From NCBI GenBank assembly GCA_029932605.1, contig JAOZPT010000002.1, positions 15,873-79,872 of the forward strand: a stretch of DNA of 64,000 bases, given 5' to 3'. The notes beneath the pieces were generated by a model. That model worked only from the letters and a program-made list of their open reading frames with translations, did no database searches and was not told the DNA's origin. This DNA is from Candidatus Zixiibacteriota bacterium. GTDB taxonomy: Bacteria; Zixibacteria; MSB-5A5; UBA10806; 4484-95. Both the position numbers and the translations under genes were made by a program. Positions 62,214 to 64,000 of this stretch are shown here, piece by piece; within the stretch, counting starts at the first letter, position 1, and the number at the start of each line of letters is the position of its first letter.

Positions 62214-63479
62214 TTATTTCAACAACATCATCTTGCGAAAGATGGCCTGGTCAGGGGTTTTAAGACTGTAAATATATAAACCCGAGGAAACCTTATCGCC
62301 ATTTTTATCCGTGCCATCCCACCAGAGCGATCGACGATAATTAACTGAACCATCAAATAAAACCTTAACCAGTTTGCCGACAATATCGTAAATTTCGATC
62401 CGGGCATATCCCGGCTTTTCAAGGATAAACTCGATTAACGTTCGGTTGTTAAATGGATTTGGGTAATTTTGATAAAGAGTAGTCGATGAAGGTATAAGGG
62501 GTTGATTGTCAAAGACACCGGATGAAAAATCATAAATATAAATGCCATCTTCAGTGCCGGCAAAGAGTCTACCGTTGGCATCAATTTCAAGACTGTAAAC
62601 ATTGAGGTTATCTAAGCTGTCGTTAAAGGGTGAAAAAGTGGCACCTGCATCTGTAGAGATAAGCACTCCACCGTTGGAAACTGACCCTACAAATAACCTG
62701 CCAGCAATCTGCGGGTCACAGGCAATTGGTACATTATCAACAGTGCTTGTGGGTGTATATTCCCAATCCAGACCGCCGTTGAAGGATATAGCTACATAAG
62801 CATAGCATGAAACATAAAGGGTCTCCGGACCGTTGGGTTCATACTCGATTCTGTTAGGGTTGTAATCCTCAAGGTTAAAAAGCCCCCCTATATCTTCCCA
62901 GCTGTTGGCGAAATCGGTTGTATGAGCTACAAAGGTTTCACCCACTGCGTAAGCCTCTAATTGATTGGTGCCATCACCTTTAATATCGATGATGTTCAGG
63001 TCGGGAAGACCTATATTAGCGCTTGAGTAGGTTTGAAAACTATCCTGTGATTTCAGTATACCATCCTCGAAACAGATATACATGAAACCAGGGTTGACCG
63101 GGTCAAACCCCAGACGGCGAGGATTTAACATATAACTTCTTGGCCACCAACCATTACCGTTATCAATCGAATAATGGATCCCATCCGACCATGAACCACC
63201 AGCTAAAAGTGCCCATAGTGTATCATTATCATGAGGGTCGTAAGATAAAAACGGAACGTTGAGATTAACAAATTGACGATCCCAGGATTGACCGCTGTTG
63301 AAGCTTACAAATAATCCACTATCTGTTCCAGCGCAGATATATTGAGGATTAATAGGGTCGATCTCTATGGACAATACCCGCATATCGGAAAGCCCCAGAA
63401 ACTCCCAGTAGTTAGCACTGGCAGAGACCGCCAGTAAAGCTATTAATAAAACAACTATTAATATAGTTTTTCTGATCAT
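62214..63479 (-). CDS. Secreted BNR/Asp-box beta-propeller protein with T9SS type A/FlgD-Ig C-terminal domain
   Basis: Signal peptide; S.D/NGG..W repeats; QNYPNPFN...WDGTD..G..VSSGLYIY...KMMLLK. Confidence 0.85.
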   Translation of the reverse strand: MIRKTILIVVLLIALLAVSASANYWEFLGLSDMRVLSIEIDPINPQYICAGTDSGLFVSFNSGQSWDRQFVNLNVPFLSYDPHDNDTLWALLAGGSWSDGIHYSIDNGNGWWPRSYMLNPRRLGFDPVNPGFMYICFEDGILKSQDSFQTYSSANIGLPDLNIIDIKGDGTNQLEAYAVGETFVAHTTDFANSWEDIGGLFNLEDYNPNRIEYEPNGPETLYVSCYAYVAISFNGGLDWEYTPTSTVDNVPIACDPQIAGRLFVGSVSNGGVLISTDAGATFSPFNDSLDNLNVYSLEIDANGRLFAGTEDGIYIYDFSSGVFDNQPLIPSSTTLYQNYPNPFNNRTLIEFILEKPGYARIEIYDIVGKLVKVLFDGSVNYRRSLWWDGTDKNGDKVSSGLYIYSLKTPDQAIFRKMMLLK

Positions 63480-63734
63480 CACTTCTGACCTCCTTATTTG
63501 CCTGTTCTATAAAAGCTTAAAAGTTACATCATTTTAAAAATAACGTCTCTTTATCCATTATAGATATCCTTGTTTTAGTATAATAAATTCTTTTTTATTA
63601 TCAATAATTTTTTATAACACAATGAGTTGCATTTAGGTTTTGTAGGTAAACTTTACATTATCACGGGCTTAGAAGGATGCAATTTCTTATATTGCACTTT
63701 TATTAAAAACATTTATGGCGAATATACATTCAGC

Positions 63735-63998
63735 CTAGAACGATTCAAATACAACAATTTCCTCAAGACTCTTTTTATGAGGTGTATCAGGCCAGTGCTC
63801 AGGTATCCCGATTGGTGTAAAACAAATCAATTTATATCGATCAGGTATTCCGAAAAATAGCTTCATATTTTTTTCAGGGAAAAATGTAGTAAAAAACCCT
63901 GTGCCATAACCCAAAGACCTGGCCTCAATCATCAAATAACCGGCTGCCAATGTTCCGTCATACATAACATATTCAGGATATTCTGCCTTGGAATCGAC
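63735..63998 (-). CDS. Nitroreductase family protein, 3' part, truncated by window end
   Basis: DGTLAAGYLMIEARSLGYGT...GIPD...TPIG.P...KKSLEEIV. Confidence 0.85.
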   Translation of the reverse strand, partial: VDSKAEYPEYVMYDGTLAAGYLMIEARSLGYGTGFFTTFFPEKNMKLFFGIPDRYKLICFTPIGIPEHWPDTPHKKSLEEIVVFESF

Positions 63999-64000
63999 TA

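Overview
Bacterial chromosomal window, about 40% GC by eye. The T9SS-like genes, lipid A/Kdo pathway and CTD-bearing proteins suggest an FCB-superphylum lineage such as Zixibacteria or KSB1 (inference). Housekeeping content: secA; kdsB-pyrG-kdsA; a class II aldolase; lpxA-(gnnA-like)-lpxB-DUF374-waaA-lpxK-nadB-guaA; a Gld-like ABC cluster; grpE, parA, rmuC, dnaK and uvrD/pcrA. An 18 kb minus-strand envelope operon runs porU, an oversized porV with inserted LysM-like/propeller domains, an M6 protease with CTD, two paralogous membrane proteins, an NHL lipoprotein, a large SprA-motif OMP, an Omp85 and a DGGGP-synthase-like prenyltransferase. Best leads: (1) a 3 kb islet between secA and kdsA, bracketed by REP-like palindromes, holding a DNA-methyltransferase remnant and an OGG-like HhH glycosylase plus GIY-YIG/DUF4357 nuclease pair (candidate base-excision anti-phage system); (2) the PorV-LysM chimera; (3) an orphan Cas6b-like gene lacking the catalytic histidines, with no array; (4) a SelW/Rdx selenoprotein (CxxU) missed by the ORF track; (5) a probable AUA start codon overlapping the lpxA stop. 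No rRNA, tRNA or CRISPR array was recognised. All family calls come from motif recognition by eye, not database searches.
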